From NCBI RefSeq assembly GCF_001194135.2, contig NC_068981.1, positions 5,575,451-5,637,885 on the forward strand: a stretch of 62,435 nt of DNA, read 5' to 3'. This DNA is from Octopus bimaculoides (Eukaryota). Numbering within the stretch: position 1 is the first letter of the stretch; every line of letters starts with the position of its first letter. Of this stretch, positions 1 to 13,011 are shown one piece after another. The translations under genes were made by a program, and so were the position numbers. The notes beneath the pieces were generated by a model. That model searched no databases. It saw nothing but the letters and a program-made list of their open reading frames with translations, and was not told the origin of the DNA.

Positions 1-449
1 AAGAAGAAGAAGAAGAAGAAGAAGGAGGAGGAGGTGGAGGAGAATGCGGGAGTGCCATGATAGTAGTAGGATGTTAAATGGTCAAGTGCCCTGAAAGTGG
101 CTTGTTGTGGATGGTAGCAGTGATTGGATTCTTGAGACATCTCTTTTGAATGTATTGTTTATAAAATTCGCGTAGGTGTTATTCTAAACAGCAATAGTGG
201 TAAAATTAGGTGGCGGAGAGGAAGAAAACGAAGAAAGAGAAAGAGAAGGAACAATAAGAGAAGAATGTAGGTGGTATGATAGTAGTAGGATGTTAAATGG
301 TCAGGTGACCTAAAAGTGACTCGTTATGGATTAGAGCAGTGATTGGGACTGTTTTTTAATGAACTCTTGGGAATCTCTTGAGTGTATCATTTTTAATATT
401 TGTGTGAGTGTTTGTGTTATTCTAAGGGCATGATGGATATGTCATTTGT

Positions 450-837
450 TGTAGATGCATTCAAAAGGGGTCTGTATTTTGTAACAAGGAGAGTCTCTTT
501 ACTAATTCGTTGGCTCCAGGTTGTATCGTTCCTGAATTGGTAGAGGGGAAAAATTCTGAAGCTTGGATTTTTGTTATTGGCGCAAATGTCAGTGTGCTGG
601 CTGAATGCTACTTTTTCTGTTTTGGGGAATTTTGATCTGGGATCTGTACAGAACCATTCTTTTAAACAGACTGTTTTTTGTTTGGCCTATGTATTGCTCT
701 TGACACCCAGAGCAGGTTAGTGCGTATATCAGATTCTCCGAAGCACATGTGAAGTTGCTTTTTACTGTGAAATGTTGTCCCTGTTTGAAGGAGAACGCTG
801 ATCCCTCAATTAAATTGACGCATATCTCACAGTTGGG
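450..837 (-). pseudogene. PLE GIY-YIG endonuclease domain, degenerate
   Basis: LIYALTC..C..QYIGQT...L..R motif; stop codon upstream and frameshift downstream. Confidence 0.85.
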
Positions 838-1318
838 TTATCTCTTGCTTTTTATGATGGTGTTTGGAGGATTAAGTTCATTCTGTGGTCCTTTTTTAGC
901 AGGGGAATGTTTTGTAGGATGGTGTCGAAGGCTTCATTTCTTGAGAGGGTTGTGTGTGGAGATGTATGGTAGAGCTTTTGATTGTAAGACCTTCTTTAAT
1001 TTGGGATGTCTGAGTTTGTGGATGTTGAGTTGAAGGGCACGTTGAAAGCATATGTCAATTAGTGAAGGTGGGTACTTGACCATCTAACATCCTACTACTA
1101 TCATGGCACTCCAGCATTCTTCTTCTTCTCCTCCTCTTTCTTCTTTTCCTTCTCCCCTGCCAAGAATTCACAATGACCTCGAACCCACAAGAGTAAACAA
1201 GAGAGACAGAGACAGGCAGAAACAAGGAAAATGCCCCTTGTATTCGAATACTATGCAAATATCCCTTTAAAAACACATTCCTTTTAATTTTTCCCAAATC
1301 TAATTGTTTTCCACCCTT

Positions 1319-1355
1319 ACAGCTGGAAAAGCCTCAATGGCTGAAACCGGTACTG
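1319..1355 (+). ncRNA. degenerate minimal type I hammerhead motif in the PLE inverted 3' segment
   Basis: cag-CTGGAAA-AGCC/GGCT-GAAAC-CG-GTA-ctg. Stems I and II and the palindromic stem III are intact, but the CUGANGA core has 2 substitutions. Confidence 0.5.
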
Positions 1356-2428
1356 AAAATGTTTTTTATGATAAAATTATTTTAGCACTATCTACCATGA
1401 CTTTTTTTTTCCACACACACGCACGCACTTCTTTTTAAATTGCATCATATTTTGTTATTTAGGGCAGCAATTTTGTTATTTAGGGCAGCATTTTTGTCAG
1501 GCCTGCTTAGTCGGTAGTGGGATTGGAATTCGGAACTTGAATTGCTGAAATATATGTGGCACAGCAATTCGGTAAGCCTTAATTAAATTGGATTGGAAAG
1601 AAATAAGTTCCCCTGCGATGGGGCAAAGTGTTAATGCAAAGTTCCCTCAGTATTACACACCTGATTTATTTTCCCTCAACCCTACTCCCTGGACGTGTTT
1701 ATGTCACTAATTATAAACTGCGGTAAATTTTTATATTAACAACCACATGATTTTCACTAAGAAAAAAATAAAAACCTCAGATTTTTTGCGTGGAATCAAG
1801 TACTTTAACCCCCTAATATGCTGCAAATCCCTTATTTTGGTTTGGAAAAAGAGGTTGGGGACGAGGATGTACTATTCAACAAATTTTTTTTCTCTTCAGA
1901 CGAAGAAAACTATTTTGGCTCAGAAAATTGATACTTTTTAACGATTTTTTTTGTTACAAATACGTATCAGACGCTGTAGATAAATATGACATCAAAATTT
2001 GATGTGGAAAAAAAAAGTGGGGGAGATGCTATTTTCACAGACACCGACTTTGTTTCCTCATATATTTTGATGTAGATAACAACTATGTTTTTGCATGTAC
2101 GTTTGTATACACTTATGGACTTAGCTAAAACGAAAGATCGCCAGGGTGAAGGTAAAGAATATGCACACCTGATGTTTAGAGTTAGGGTCACTCTGAAAAC
2201 GGGTGCTGTGCGTATTCTTTACCTCCGCCTCAAAAGATGTATTTATGTATATATGTACATGAAAGATAATGGGTGTACGTGTGTTTTGTGTGTGTGTGTG
2301 ACTGACTACAAATACATAGAGTTGAACACGGCGCACGAAACCTAAATAAATAAGAAATTTTTTACAGAAATTAACGAACAATCATATGGTCCCATATACT
2401 CCCAAAATTCTTAGTGAGAATTTCAGGA

Positions 2429-2517
2429 GTGGCTGTGTGGTAAGTAGCTTGCTTACCAACCACATGCTCCTGGGTTCAGTCCCACTGCGTGGCACCTTGG
2501 GCAAGTGTCTTCTACTA
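2429..2517 (+). mobile_element. tRNA-derived SINE family S1, 5' part, truncated by a gap
   Basis: GGCTGTGTGGTAAG...GGGTTCAGTCCC...CCTTGGGCAAGTGTC; the same family recurs more than 10 times in the window. Confidence 0.8.
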
Positions 2518-2860
2518 NNNNNNNNNNNNNNNNNNNNNNNNNNNNNNNNNNNNNNNNNNNNNNNNNNNNNNNNNNNNNNNNNNNNNNNNNNNNNNNNNNN
2601 NNNNNNNNNNNNNNNNNCAATCTATTGTAGTGGCATCTCCAGACCTCTTTCTTTGCAGCCTCATTTATGCAAGTGAACCATCATCCATGCAAACACATTT
2701 CTTTCCTCCAACATCACTATTCTCTCTCCTACACTGTATTGCAACACGAAATACCTCAAGTCTTTGGTCCTTTTCATTTATATATATATATGAAATTAAC
2801 AGAATGAGATAAAAAAAATCCAAGGCTGTGAATAGCTTTCAAAACATTTATAAAGAGAAA

Positions 2861-2908
2861 GTCTTACAGCTGTTTCTGGGATATTTTATATATCCCTTCA
2901 TCAGAGAC
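2861..2908 (-). ncRNA. minimal type I hammerhead ribozyme (GUA site)
   Basis: Minus strand: GTCT-CTGATGA-A-GGGATAT/ATATCCC-A-GAAAC-AGCT-GTA-AGAC. Core boxes intact, 4-bp stem I, 7-bp stem II, palindromic stem III ACAGCTGT. Confidence 0.75.
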
Positions 2909-3129
2909 AGTGCGAGAAAATGTTTAAGTAATAGTTATTATAGAGAAGATATGAAATAGAGAGTGAAGTGGAGGAATGAAAACAGACGTGAGATACGTAA
3001 GGATATTGTATCTGCAGTTCCATTATTTAAGCAGAATGGTATACATATAAGTTTCCTGTACCTTGTGTGCGAGTTCTAATGGTGTTTATAATTGGTCATT
3101 ATAAGCATAGAGTCTTGTAAATGGTGTCA

Positions 3130-3900
3130 TTCGATCAAGGGTTTTTTTTTTGAAGTGCCTTAAAAGTTGGGAATGTGTTTGTTTATGATTGCGTCCCAGT
3201 CAGCATCATTAGAGATCCATGGTATCAAGTGGGTGGGTTGGAGAGAGGTCCCTTGGGGATTGGTGGAATCTCAGGTTACAGAGAACTATGTTATGGTCTG
3301 AAAGAAGGGTTTTTTCCCCACTGAAATATTGTGTATTGTGTTAGTGGGGTTACTAAACACAAAGTCTAAAATGTTCTGATGTCTCGGTGCAAGGAGAAGT
3401 TGGGACAAGAAAAATTTGTTCATAAAGTCAAGAAGTGACTCTACGGCTTCTTTGTCAGCAGCTGAGGTGAGAGTGCTTGAATTCAGACTGTCTGTAGACC
3501 AATCAACAGAGGGTAGATCAAAATCTCCCATCATAATTATGTTATTAGAATGGCACTGTTGCATACTGCTGAGGCATTCTTTAAAGCGCAATACGGGTGT
3601 TTGAGGTGGCCTTTAGACCCCCAACTACTATCAGGTCATTGGTTTTGTTGTGCACGATGACCGATTCACAGTAGTCATTGGAGAATGTCATATTTCTATC
3701 TGCTGAAAAGGAATCGTGCAGGAAAACGGCAGTTCCACCTTTCCTTCTGTCGACTGGATCTGTGGGGATGGTTGTGAAACTCCTCACTTTCACTTTGACT
3801 TCCAATTGGTTGTTGTCAAAGTGGGTCTCAGTGAGAATGAAGAGAGGGATGTGGTGTGGATGGTTACCTACCCAGTCCACAATGAATTGGATCTTCCATT
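3130..3900 (-). mobile_element. CR1/L2-type LINE ORF2 fragment (APE endonuclease), frameshifted
   Basis: Motifs ILTETH, KGGTAVFLH, MGDFDLPSVDW, NILDFVFSN and SDHNIV across ORFs 3581-3880 and 3286-3591 and the next frame. Confidence 0.8.
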
Positions 3901-4043
3901 TTTGTGCATTGATGGAAAGGCTGACACATTGTGCATTGAGTAGAAATGGGGAGGCTAGCGTAGTGGCAGGTTTTGACTGTTGCAGGGGGCTTTTTTTTCT
4001 GATTTTCTGTTAATGATAGCAATATGGGGAATTGGAGCATACG

Positions 4044-4126
<83 letters not shown>

Positions 4127-4775
4127 NNNNNNNNNNNNNNNNNNNNNNNNNNNNNNNNNNNNNNNNNNNNNNNNNNNNNNNNNNNNNNNNNNNNNNNNNN
4201 NNNNNNNNNNNNNNNNNNNNNNNNNNNNNNNNNNNNNNNNNNNNNNNNNNNNNNNNNNNNNNNNNNNNNNNNNNNNNNNNNNNNNNNNNNNNNNNNNNNN
4301 NNNNNNNNNNNNNNNNNNNNNNNNNNNNNNNNNNNNNNNNNNNNNNNNNNNNNNNNNNNNNNNNNNNNNNNNNNNNNNNNNNNNNNNNNNNNNNNNNNNN
4401 NNNNNNNNNNNNNNNNNNNNNNNNNNNNNNNNNNNNNNNNNNNNNNNNNNNNNNNNNNNNNNNNNNNNNNNNNNNNNNNNNNNNNNNNNNNNNNNNNNNN
4501 NNNNNNNNNNNNNNNNNNNNNNNNNNNNNNNNNNNNNNNNNNNNNNNNNNNNNNNNNNNNNNNNNNNNNNNNNNNNNNNNNNNNNNNNNNNNNNNNNNNN
4601 NNNNNNNCAGTCCTCAGTAAAATCGTTCAACCCATGCTAGCATGGAAAGCAGACGTTAAACGATGATGATGATGATGATGATGATGTAAGGTTAGTTGAG
4701 TTACAGGTTAAAATAACTGTTATCTCCATTTTCTGTTTTCTTTATATATGTATGTATATATATATATATATATAT

Positions 4776-5000
4776 AAAACTGAGAATGTGGTTCTCTCTG
4801 TATGTGTACATCACTAAAACTCGAGAACTACCCAACTGATTTCATTCAAATTTTACACATGCCTTACGTAGGGTCCATGCAGTGTCATGGGCCAAAAGAA
4901 TATTCAACTTCTTGCTTGATGCGAGCTTAGAGCAGCTCTTATCTCTTATACTATTTCAGTATTATGTCAAAAGTGAAACAATAACATCTCTATTGTAATG
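4776..5000 (+). mobile_element. probable non-autonomous Helitron-like element fragment
   Basis: Follows a (TA)n tract; AAAACTGAGAATG...CTAAAACTCGAGAACTAC...CAAATTTTACACATG resembles recalled Helitron-N 5' regions. No terminus verified. Confidence 0.3.
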
Positions 5001-5434
5001 TGCAATAATACTTTTAGTTTTAATAGTTTCACTATGTATATAATATATACATTGTGAAACTATTAATACTGAAACTATCATCACCAATATTGAGCAATAA
5101 TTTTTTGGTGAAGGAAGGCATTTGATAGCCTGACCCTATTTTGGAATTCTTGCTTCTTGAAAACATCCCCCTCCTCCACCATGTAGATATCCCAGCTTTT
5201 TAAATCTGTGGGCCTTTGAATCCCAATAGTAGCCTGGTTCTCACTCTGAGGGTGGGTGGGATATTTTGAACATCATCATAGTTTAACGTCCACCTTCCAT
5301 GCTGGCATGGGTTGGATGGTTTGACAGGAGCTGGCCAGCCAGAAGCCTGCACCAAACTTCTGTGACTGTTTTAGAAAGATTTTTACAGCCGGATGCCCTT
5401 CTTAATACCAACCACTCTGCAGAGTGGACAGCTC

Positions 5435-5625
5435 GGAGGCTGTTGTAACTCTCTGTTTAGTGCCCACCCTTCTGGAATCCCCTGTAAGTTTATCACATAA
5501 TATCTCACCTGTCTTCACTTTAGGGACTAGTCGTAATTCTTCTAGTTTCTCCCTGTAGTTCAGCTGTTTCACTGATGTACCACTGCTTCATGTTTCGCTA
5601 TAAGATACTATGGGGTGATCAGAGT
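5435..5625 (-). mobile_element. CR1-like LINE ORF2 C-terminal remnant
   Basis: Degenerate L.Y.E.LE.L.L.SL-type motif on the minus strand. Confidence 0.4.
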
Positions 5626-6963
5626 TGAGAGCATGGTCGTATGTACACATGTGTAAACACACTTAGATGTATATGAATGTATTCGTATATGTTTATACAC
5701 CTCTGGGAAGCAGATAGACACATGTATATACCTGCACGTATACAGCTATTGTTGAGACATATTAGTGCAATATTCTGAATGATTTATGTAACATTTCAGC
5801 AATTAACAGCTGATAATGCTGTGCTGAAACAATTGTAGTGATTTGCAATTAAGCCTGTTCATTCCATCTTCTCATATTGGTTTCAAATATTGGCACAAAG
5901 CCAGCAATTTCCGGGGATTACATTGTAGGTGAAGTTACTTACCCTAACAGTGTCTGCTTAAATAGCTCGCTAGTAGGTGGCAGTCAGCTCTTCTTTGTCA
6001 TCACGACACCAGTACATGGCTCTCGTACGACACCTGCGACAGCTAGCAGACATGAGGTAATACACAGATGAACATGGCCTTCATTTGTAAACACTTTTCC
6101 TGATTATTCAACTTGTATGTGTTTGTGACCTAGAGTAAAGGCATTTAGAAGTCACAACTTGGTTCTATGAATTCATTGTACAGTGTTCCTTTATCGAATG
6201 ACATATTCCAGCTTTCTGACTGGAGTCATCATTAGATGGTTTCACCTCATGACACCATGACTGTCTATAACAACCTCAGTGTTCAACTGATATTTATTTT
6301 GACCCTGGTGGAATTTGAACCCAGAACATAAAGACAGATTCTAGAATGATTCTACCAGCTTGTGTTGCCTTAGTTTTCTATAGGCACAAAGCCTGAAATT
6401 TAGTGAAAGGGTATAATTGATTACATCAATTCCAATACATGACCGGGGCTTGTTTTATCTGCCAACCTTGGCAGAACATAAAAGCAGATGAAATGCCACT
6501 AACCATTTTACTCGGTGTGCCAACAACTCTGATGGTTCACCACTTTAGTCTATTAAAATTCTTTTACACATATATATGGATTGTTTTACTTACTTTTGTG
6601 TTTCAGCTGAAAGGGGCACTGGCAGTATTGTAATGTACACCATTTGAAAAGTATATAGGTGAAAACTTTATTAAAAATATCTATTTTTCTACAAGTTGGA
6701 CAATGGTGGCGGACACACTGAATAAATGGTCTCTTTATACCTCTATAAAGTTGTGTTAAAATTATATTTGTCAGTTTGCTGGTTGTTGTAAAATAAACAA
6801 TTTGGTGAATTATCTATTATTTTCCAAGATTTGATTCCCCAACCTGTGTGTGTGTGTGTGTGTATATAAAAAATTTAGATTCAAGGTGAATATGGTACTT
6901 AAGTTTAGGCACCAGAATTAAGTATGGTATTATCCATACACTTTCAAAATAAGGTGATTAAAA

Positions 6964-7434
6964 TCAAAATAAGCAACAAGGATATCCAGAGGCAATGCAG
7001 TATGATAGTTTCATGCGACTACATTTAATTAAGCAATGTGAGCTTTCCATCAAATGTACAATACAGAGCAATCCTCAGCTGCACAAAGATATAGAAATTT
7101 AATGAAATTTCATTTCAACAGGACATATTTTTGTAACTACATTTAAACTCTCCAAGTGGAAAGGAAGAATACAAAAAACCATTTTGACTTAGCCAGGCCA
7201 CACAGGCCAGTCTGTATGGCCTGGCTAAGTCAAAATGGTTTTTTTGTATTCCTCCTTTTCCACTTGGAGAGTTTAAATGTAGTTATAAAAATATGTCCTT
7301 CTGTTGAGATGAGATTTCAGTAAATTTCTATATCTTTGTGCAGCTGAGGATTGCTCTGTATTTTACATTTGATGTAATGGTCACATTAAACGATCGTACT
7401 GCATTAACTTTGGATATCCTTGTTGTTTATTTTG

Positions 7435-7435
<1 letters not shown>
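6964..7435. repeat. long foldback palindrome (arms ~220-235 bp, 16-nt spacer)
   Basis: 6964-7200 is the reverse complement of 7217-7435; the inner ~60 bp pair almost perfectly. Confidence 0.9.
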
Positions 7436-7475
<40 letters not shown>

Positions 7476-7912
7476 GTTTGTGTAGATGATAATCTTCCAT
7501 CTCGACATTACAACTGTAATTATGTGTCTGTACAAATATTTTACCCGATTGCCGACATTTATCAAGGTTTCTCCCATTGTTTTTGATGCTCCAAAAGGAG
7601 CCCATATAAGTTGGATTTTCTCCATTTCCATAAGGATTTTTTTTCTTGATCACACACACTTCAGAATGCTGAGGTGGACAGCTTTTTAAGAAAAAAAAAT
7701 ATCGGAACATTATTCACCCTGTATTTTTGAATTTTTTCAACACCAACACAAAATGGTATGTGTAAGCTTGGTGTTGTGAAACACAATTTAACTTTTTCTT
7801 TTACTTGTTTCAGTCATTTTCACTGTGGCCATGCTGGAGCACTGCCTTTTAGTTCAACAGATTACCCCAGAACTTATTCTATTGATCTCTTTGCTGAATC
7901 GCTAATATATAT

Positions 7913-8076
7913 GACGGGCTTCTTCCAGTTTCCATCTACCAAATCCACTCACAAGGCTTTGGTCAGCCTGAGACTATAGTAGAAGACACTTACCCAAGGT
8001 GCCACGCAGTGGGACTGAACCCAGGACCATGTGGTTTGGAAGCAAGCTTCTTACCACATAACCACGCCTGTGCCTA
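7913..8076 (-). mobile_element. tRNA-derived SINE S1
   Basis: Reverse complement of the S1 head and body. Confidence 0.8.
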
Positions 8077-8331
8077 TTGTAAACTTTTTTTTTTTTAAAA
8101 TTTCCTTCAGATTTCACAAATGAATTCTATCAGTAAGTATAATGTAGGTTTCCAATTTCGGCACAAGACCAGCAATTGTGGGGGCAGGAGCCGAGTAGAT
8201 TGAATCAACCCCAATGCTCAAGGGGGACTATTTTATCAACGTTAGCAACATTTTGAAACCAGAATGTAAAAGATGGACAAAATGCTTGCTCTTTTATCTT
8301 TGTTCGTTTCAGTCATTTCAAACCCATCATG

Positions 8332-8365
<34 letters not shown>

Positions 8366-8368
<3 letters not shown>

Positions 8369-8515
8369 GACAGGCTTCTTTCAGTTCCCGTCTACCAAAT
8401 CCACCCACAAGGCTATAGTAGAAGACACTTGCCCAAGGTGCCATGCAGTGGGAATAAATCTGGAAGCATCTGGCTGGTAAGCAAGCTACTTACCACACAG
8501 CCACTCCTGCGCCTG
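8366..8515 (-). mobile_element. tRNA-derived SINE S1
   Basis: As for the other S1 copies. Confidence 0.75.
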
Positions 8516-8520
8516 GCAGC

Positions 8521-8715
8521 TCATCACCTTCATCATCGTTTAACATCCACTTTTCACGCTGGCATGGGTTGGACGGTTTAACTAAGGACTGGCAAGCCAG
8601 ATGGCTGCACCAGGTTCCAATCTGTTCTGGCAAAGTTTCGACAGCTGGATGCCCTTTCTAATGCCAACCATCCCAAGAGTGTTGTGGGTGCTTTTTATAT
8701 ACCACTGGCACGGGC
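8521..8715 (-). mobile_element. RTE 3'-end derived repeat
   Basis: CATCATCGTTTAACATCC...CCATGCTGGCATGGGTTGG...GGATGCCCTT, the family ending in (GAT)n. Confidence 0.8.
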
Positions 8716-9188
8716 ATCAACAGTAATATCAATGTTATGGTGTTTATTCATGCTAGTGTGGTTGTGTAGGTATAAACACAAGACTTACAACGGAAAACAT
8801 TCAAGTTATTTCTCTCATTCTGTATGTATACCTGCTGGCAGCAGGGGTGGGAGTGGTGATGATTCTGCGACGATGGATTTTCACAGATTTCAATTTTTTC
8901 TTTTCAGTGCAAAGAAAAAGTCCATCCTAAGGACCCCAGGAAGGGGTGGAGGGCAGCAGATAAAAAAAAAAAAAATCAAATTTTTCATGACAAGCTTCCC
9001 ACCATAGTTTTGAAATGTGTGGTGGGAATAAAAAAATTGTAAAATCCCGTCACAATGGTGAAAATTCAATTTTCTATAGGAAGAGAATTGTTGAGACCGT
9101 AACACTTCCTTTTGTACCCCTCCCCCCTTAAAAAAAAAATTTCCTACACAAACCCCCGTTTCCGGCTACGGAGAATACAAATCGGCTC

Positions 9189-9688
9189 TTTTTTAAAACA
9201 GGGGCCACATTTTTCATTAACGAAACACTTTGAAACTTGGAACACTGGTAGAATGTGTCATATAAAACATCTTTTTCTCTTAGTCTTCTTTTAAAAAAAA
9301 GAAATTCATAAGTTTTTCCATGTTAAAGTAGTATTTCTGTAATTTCAACCAATCACTGACGTCCATTCAGCCAATATACATAAACAAACGATTCTGAAAC
9401 AATTAACCCTAACCGTAGGGTTAGGGTTAAAGCAAATAAAACGAAGGTATGGAGATTAAATACGCTTTACATCGCTTAATCAGCCAAAGGAGTAAATGTA
9501 AACAACTGAATACTTGTCAGTGATTGGTTGAAATAAGACAATTTTTTACATGAAATAAATTCGAATACAAAAATATTTTTCTGTTCTATAACACAAAATA
9601 GATAAGTATACGAAGATTGAAAGTCTTTCCATACCAAAAACACTACGTAAAACATTAATGAAAAATGTGGCCCCCGTTTTAAAATAGA
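9189..9688. mobile_element. MITE with ~34-bp inverted repeats and a TTAGGG-containing palindromic core
   Basis: 9189-9222 vs 9653-9688 inverted; inner IR ATTTCAACCAATCACTGAC vs GTCAGTGATTGGTTGAAAT; centre AACCCTAACCGTAGGGTTAGGGTT. Confidence 0.7.
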
Positions 9689-12600
9689 TCCTACGAATCT
9701 GCAAAAATAGGTATCTTGAACTTTTTTCAGAATTTTTTTCTCTCAAAATATGCTGAAAAAAGTTTATCTACTAAGGGTTGGGGTTTTAGGGCGAGGGTGT
9801 TAGGGTTACGGTTTCGGGAAAAAGTGAAAAATGAAGAAATGGGGAGGCAAGAAAATTTTTAAAAAAAGGACACTAATTTGCGAGAAAATGGGGAAGGAAG
9901 TATTTCCGTCCACATCTTTGACGACACGGGTATACTACTTTTATATATAAAATATGTACATCTGTATATACACACATATATACGCAAGTACTTTCCTTTG
10001 TTGTTTTTAATATGAATTGTAACGGCGAATACGAATTCAACTGATCTTTATATGTCCAGCTTATGACGTGTTCGCGCTTGTTCACATCCTGAAACTTATG
10101 AAATTCGTTATTTTGACCTGATTTAAGTTAGTCTCCCTAGAACTGCCTTAACATCAAAGACCTTCAACTTTTAACAATCTCCATTTATATATTTAAGTAA
10201 TTTATACACACACACATTATATATATATATATAAATAGTAAGTTATCGATTTAGGTTTGGTTAGTATTTCTAGCAAGGCAAGGTTACATGGATACTTCTT
10301 TGTTTTACCTGAAAAACTTTCCGTAAACAATTACATAACTTCCAAGCAAATGATATTAGCTAGATTACTGTTTTCTAATTTCATTGTACGTTCCATGATT
10401 TAATTCAAGATACAGATAAAAAGTAGGTGTGATAATTTTCCCCAAAAGAAAGCTTAAATATTTTTCAAAAATTCATCGGTTTCATTATTTTCCTTGTCGC
10501 GAAGCCCGTCAGTTCATAGTAGACAAGTCACACTGATATTCTAGGTTTGCTAAAATAATTAAACTGAATTTTTTGTCTGTCGATTGATGTTACAAGAAGA
10601 TTTCGATTATATGAAAGATTTTGAAAATATAGAAATAAGTGGTTTTACTGACCCGATGTGATACTGTGATTTCATTGCCGAATATACTTAGAGCTTTGGA
10701 GGGAGTGCGATACGAAGTCAAATATTACGTCCTTTTTTTTTTTTTCAATGTAATTTATTATAAATTTATTACGAAGAAATATATAAATTCAAAAAATGAT
10801 TTTTTATCAAGTTAAGAATAAATTTTTAGTTGTATTCCAACTTTTTGTTTTTTTCTGCACAACGAGGAAACAAAAAAAATAACCTACAAGTATGATGCTA
10901 AATAAACAATACAAAAAGAGAATTTTTATTAATTTTGTAAGGCATTGTTTTAAATATGAATCAACTCGAAGTCGTCCTCCTCCACTTCTTAATTGTCTGA
11001 AACAGTTATGATTTTCTGGTCTTTTATTCTGCTTCTGTTATCCAGTTTTGCAGAACACGCCTTAATTTAAAACTACGTCATCTGATACGAAACTCCGTTC
11101 GTCGTTGTGGTGGCTGAACAAGTGCGTAATTAAAATTATTTCACCAAACAGAAAGAAAAATACCCACCTTTTTTGGGCATTATTAATCCAATAAAATGCA
11201 ATCGGCTGAATCGTGTGTTGCGCTCTGTCCAATAATATATAATGCACATCTTTTAAGAAAACTCTTGACGGAGAACAGAAAAAAAAATTATTTATATATT
11301 AGTAACAGACGAAAAGAACATTAACATTGATTCGTTGCAGTCACTATTGTTCACAAAAAAATGCAAAAGCTCGGGTAGAATAGGTACAATGAAAACGCTT
11401 TGAACATCATCCCGAAAAACTCCATTGCCAAAAATTAGAATTATTTTTGGACTGATTTGAAACATTACTTTTCCATTATTGGATTCAACTAATATTCAGA
11501 TATAACAATATTGATTGTTATTATAATACCACCTGTTTGTTTTGATTTACGCTTAAATGGACATAGAATGTAAACAGTTTAAAGTTTTTGATAAATAAAA
11601 TTCTTTCACACAAATAAACAAATGCATAACCAATCCCTTCTTCACGAGGTTGTGATATTTATTCCGTAATTCAATCGACCATAGTTTGAAAATGGGTACA
11701 TTTTTTGGTAAAAAAAAAAAAAAAAAAAAAATTACTAAAACGAAAAATAAAAACGAATTGAGATTTGTAAATCTTTGAAGAATTTATTAAAGAAATAGAT
11801 TAAACTAGAAATAATTCACGAGATGTACATAGAAATAGCGAGGATTTAGTGGCTCTCGGTGAAGGTTCATGTAAGGTTTTGTTAAAGAATAGAATTCCTA
11901 ATAATATTTGATAATAAAAATATAATGGGATTTTTGAACCATGAAATGGCTTTGAGGGTCCGGCAGAATAGAATAGAAATCAAACGGGGTTCATTTGGCA
12001 AAAAAAGGTTGAGAACCACTGAATCTAAACAATAACATACCTTATTCTTTGTCGCTGCATTCTGGCTGATTCGAACGTGAACATGGAGAATATCTTTTTG
12101 TTTTTAAGCAGAAAACGAGAATGTAGAAACTTATAAGAAAATTAGATTACGCGAAAGATAAATGATAGACTGTTTTTGTAATCGTTAAAATAAAATTGAA
12201 CTTCGTTAGAATATAGCAAAAAAAAAAAATGGTTGAGTATACTTACAGTAAAAGAGAATATTAGAACTTGTCTATAAATAGTAAACTATCATAAGATAAT
12301 TTGTCTTCTTTTTGCACAGGAATTAAATAAGTTTCACGAGATATCTTCAGAGGATAGTTTTGTACGAATAACCTACGAAAGGCAGCGGCATGTGTCTTCG
12401 TCTCTTCGAATTGCTGATATTTAAATAGTGCAGCATCACACAAACGATGCTGCATCCAACACCACCCGAAGCCAGGCAACAAATAAATGCGCGCCCCCCC
12501 CAATCCACCCCTTTCTCACACGACTTGGCGTTGTCTCAAACGGTTTTTTCGCTCTTCGTTTTCTTCTGTCAATGCACGAAATGCCTTGAGCAATCCCTGC

Positions 12601-13011
12601 ACACACACACACACAAGCACATTTGAGTCATTAAAAAATAAAGCAATTATTTAATTTAAAACATTGAATAAACCTATTTCAATTCGTACATACTTCTAAA
12701 ACCGTTATATAAATTAGTGTCACCGTGTACAATTTAATTAACAAGATACTTAAAAATAATTAATCAAAAATACTTTCCACGTATTGTGACGTTTTTTGGT
12801 TTTTTTTTCGAAGTCACATTTGGGGCTGTTTTTGTTATTTTTTTCTCCCTCTGATTATATTTTCGTCATCTTTTAATGTTTTTTATTTTGCAAAACAGAC
12901 ATTTTACCAGTCGTAACTATTTTTAGCTTCGTTTTTTTTTTGTGAAAATACCAAAAACTATTTTCCCCAAATTTCCCCATTTTGCTTATCCGAATGGGGC
13001 CCTCCCTGTTG

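Larger units (their letters stand above)
1..1385 (-). mobile_element. Penelope-like retroelement (PLE), 3' part with tandem and inverted terminal segments; runs off the window start
   Basis: Minus frame 837-601 reads PNCEICVNLIEGSAFSFKQGQHFTVKSNFTCASENLIYALTCSGCQEQYIGQTKNSLFKR, a GIY-YIG motif with an upstream CxxC. Segment 42-91 recurs at ~263-310 and inverted at 1070-1119 (47/50 identical). Confidence 0.85.

Noticed and set aside
3980-4666. Long ORFs of 198-228 aa, and likewise 13662-14855 and 16287-17525
   Set aside because: They are open only because they cross N-gaps and (TA)n/(CA)n tracts.
11062-11247. Possible small minus-strand exons (MPKK..., donor AAG|GTGGGT)
   Set aside because: No recognisable protein and no consistent exon chain.
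12318-12370. CTGAAGA...GAAAC on the opposite strand of the 56-bp duplicate read as an HHR
   Set aside because: No stem I complementarity and no NUH closing stem III.
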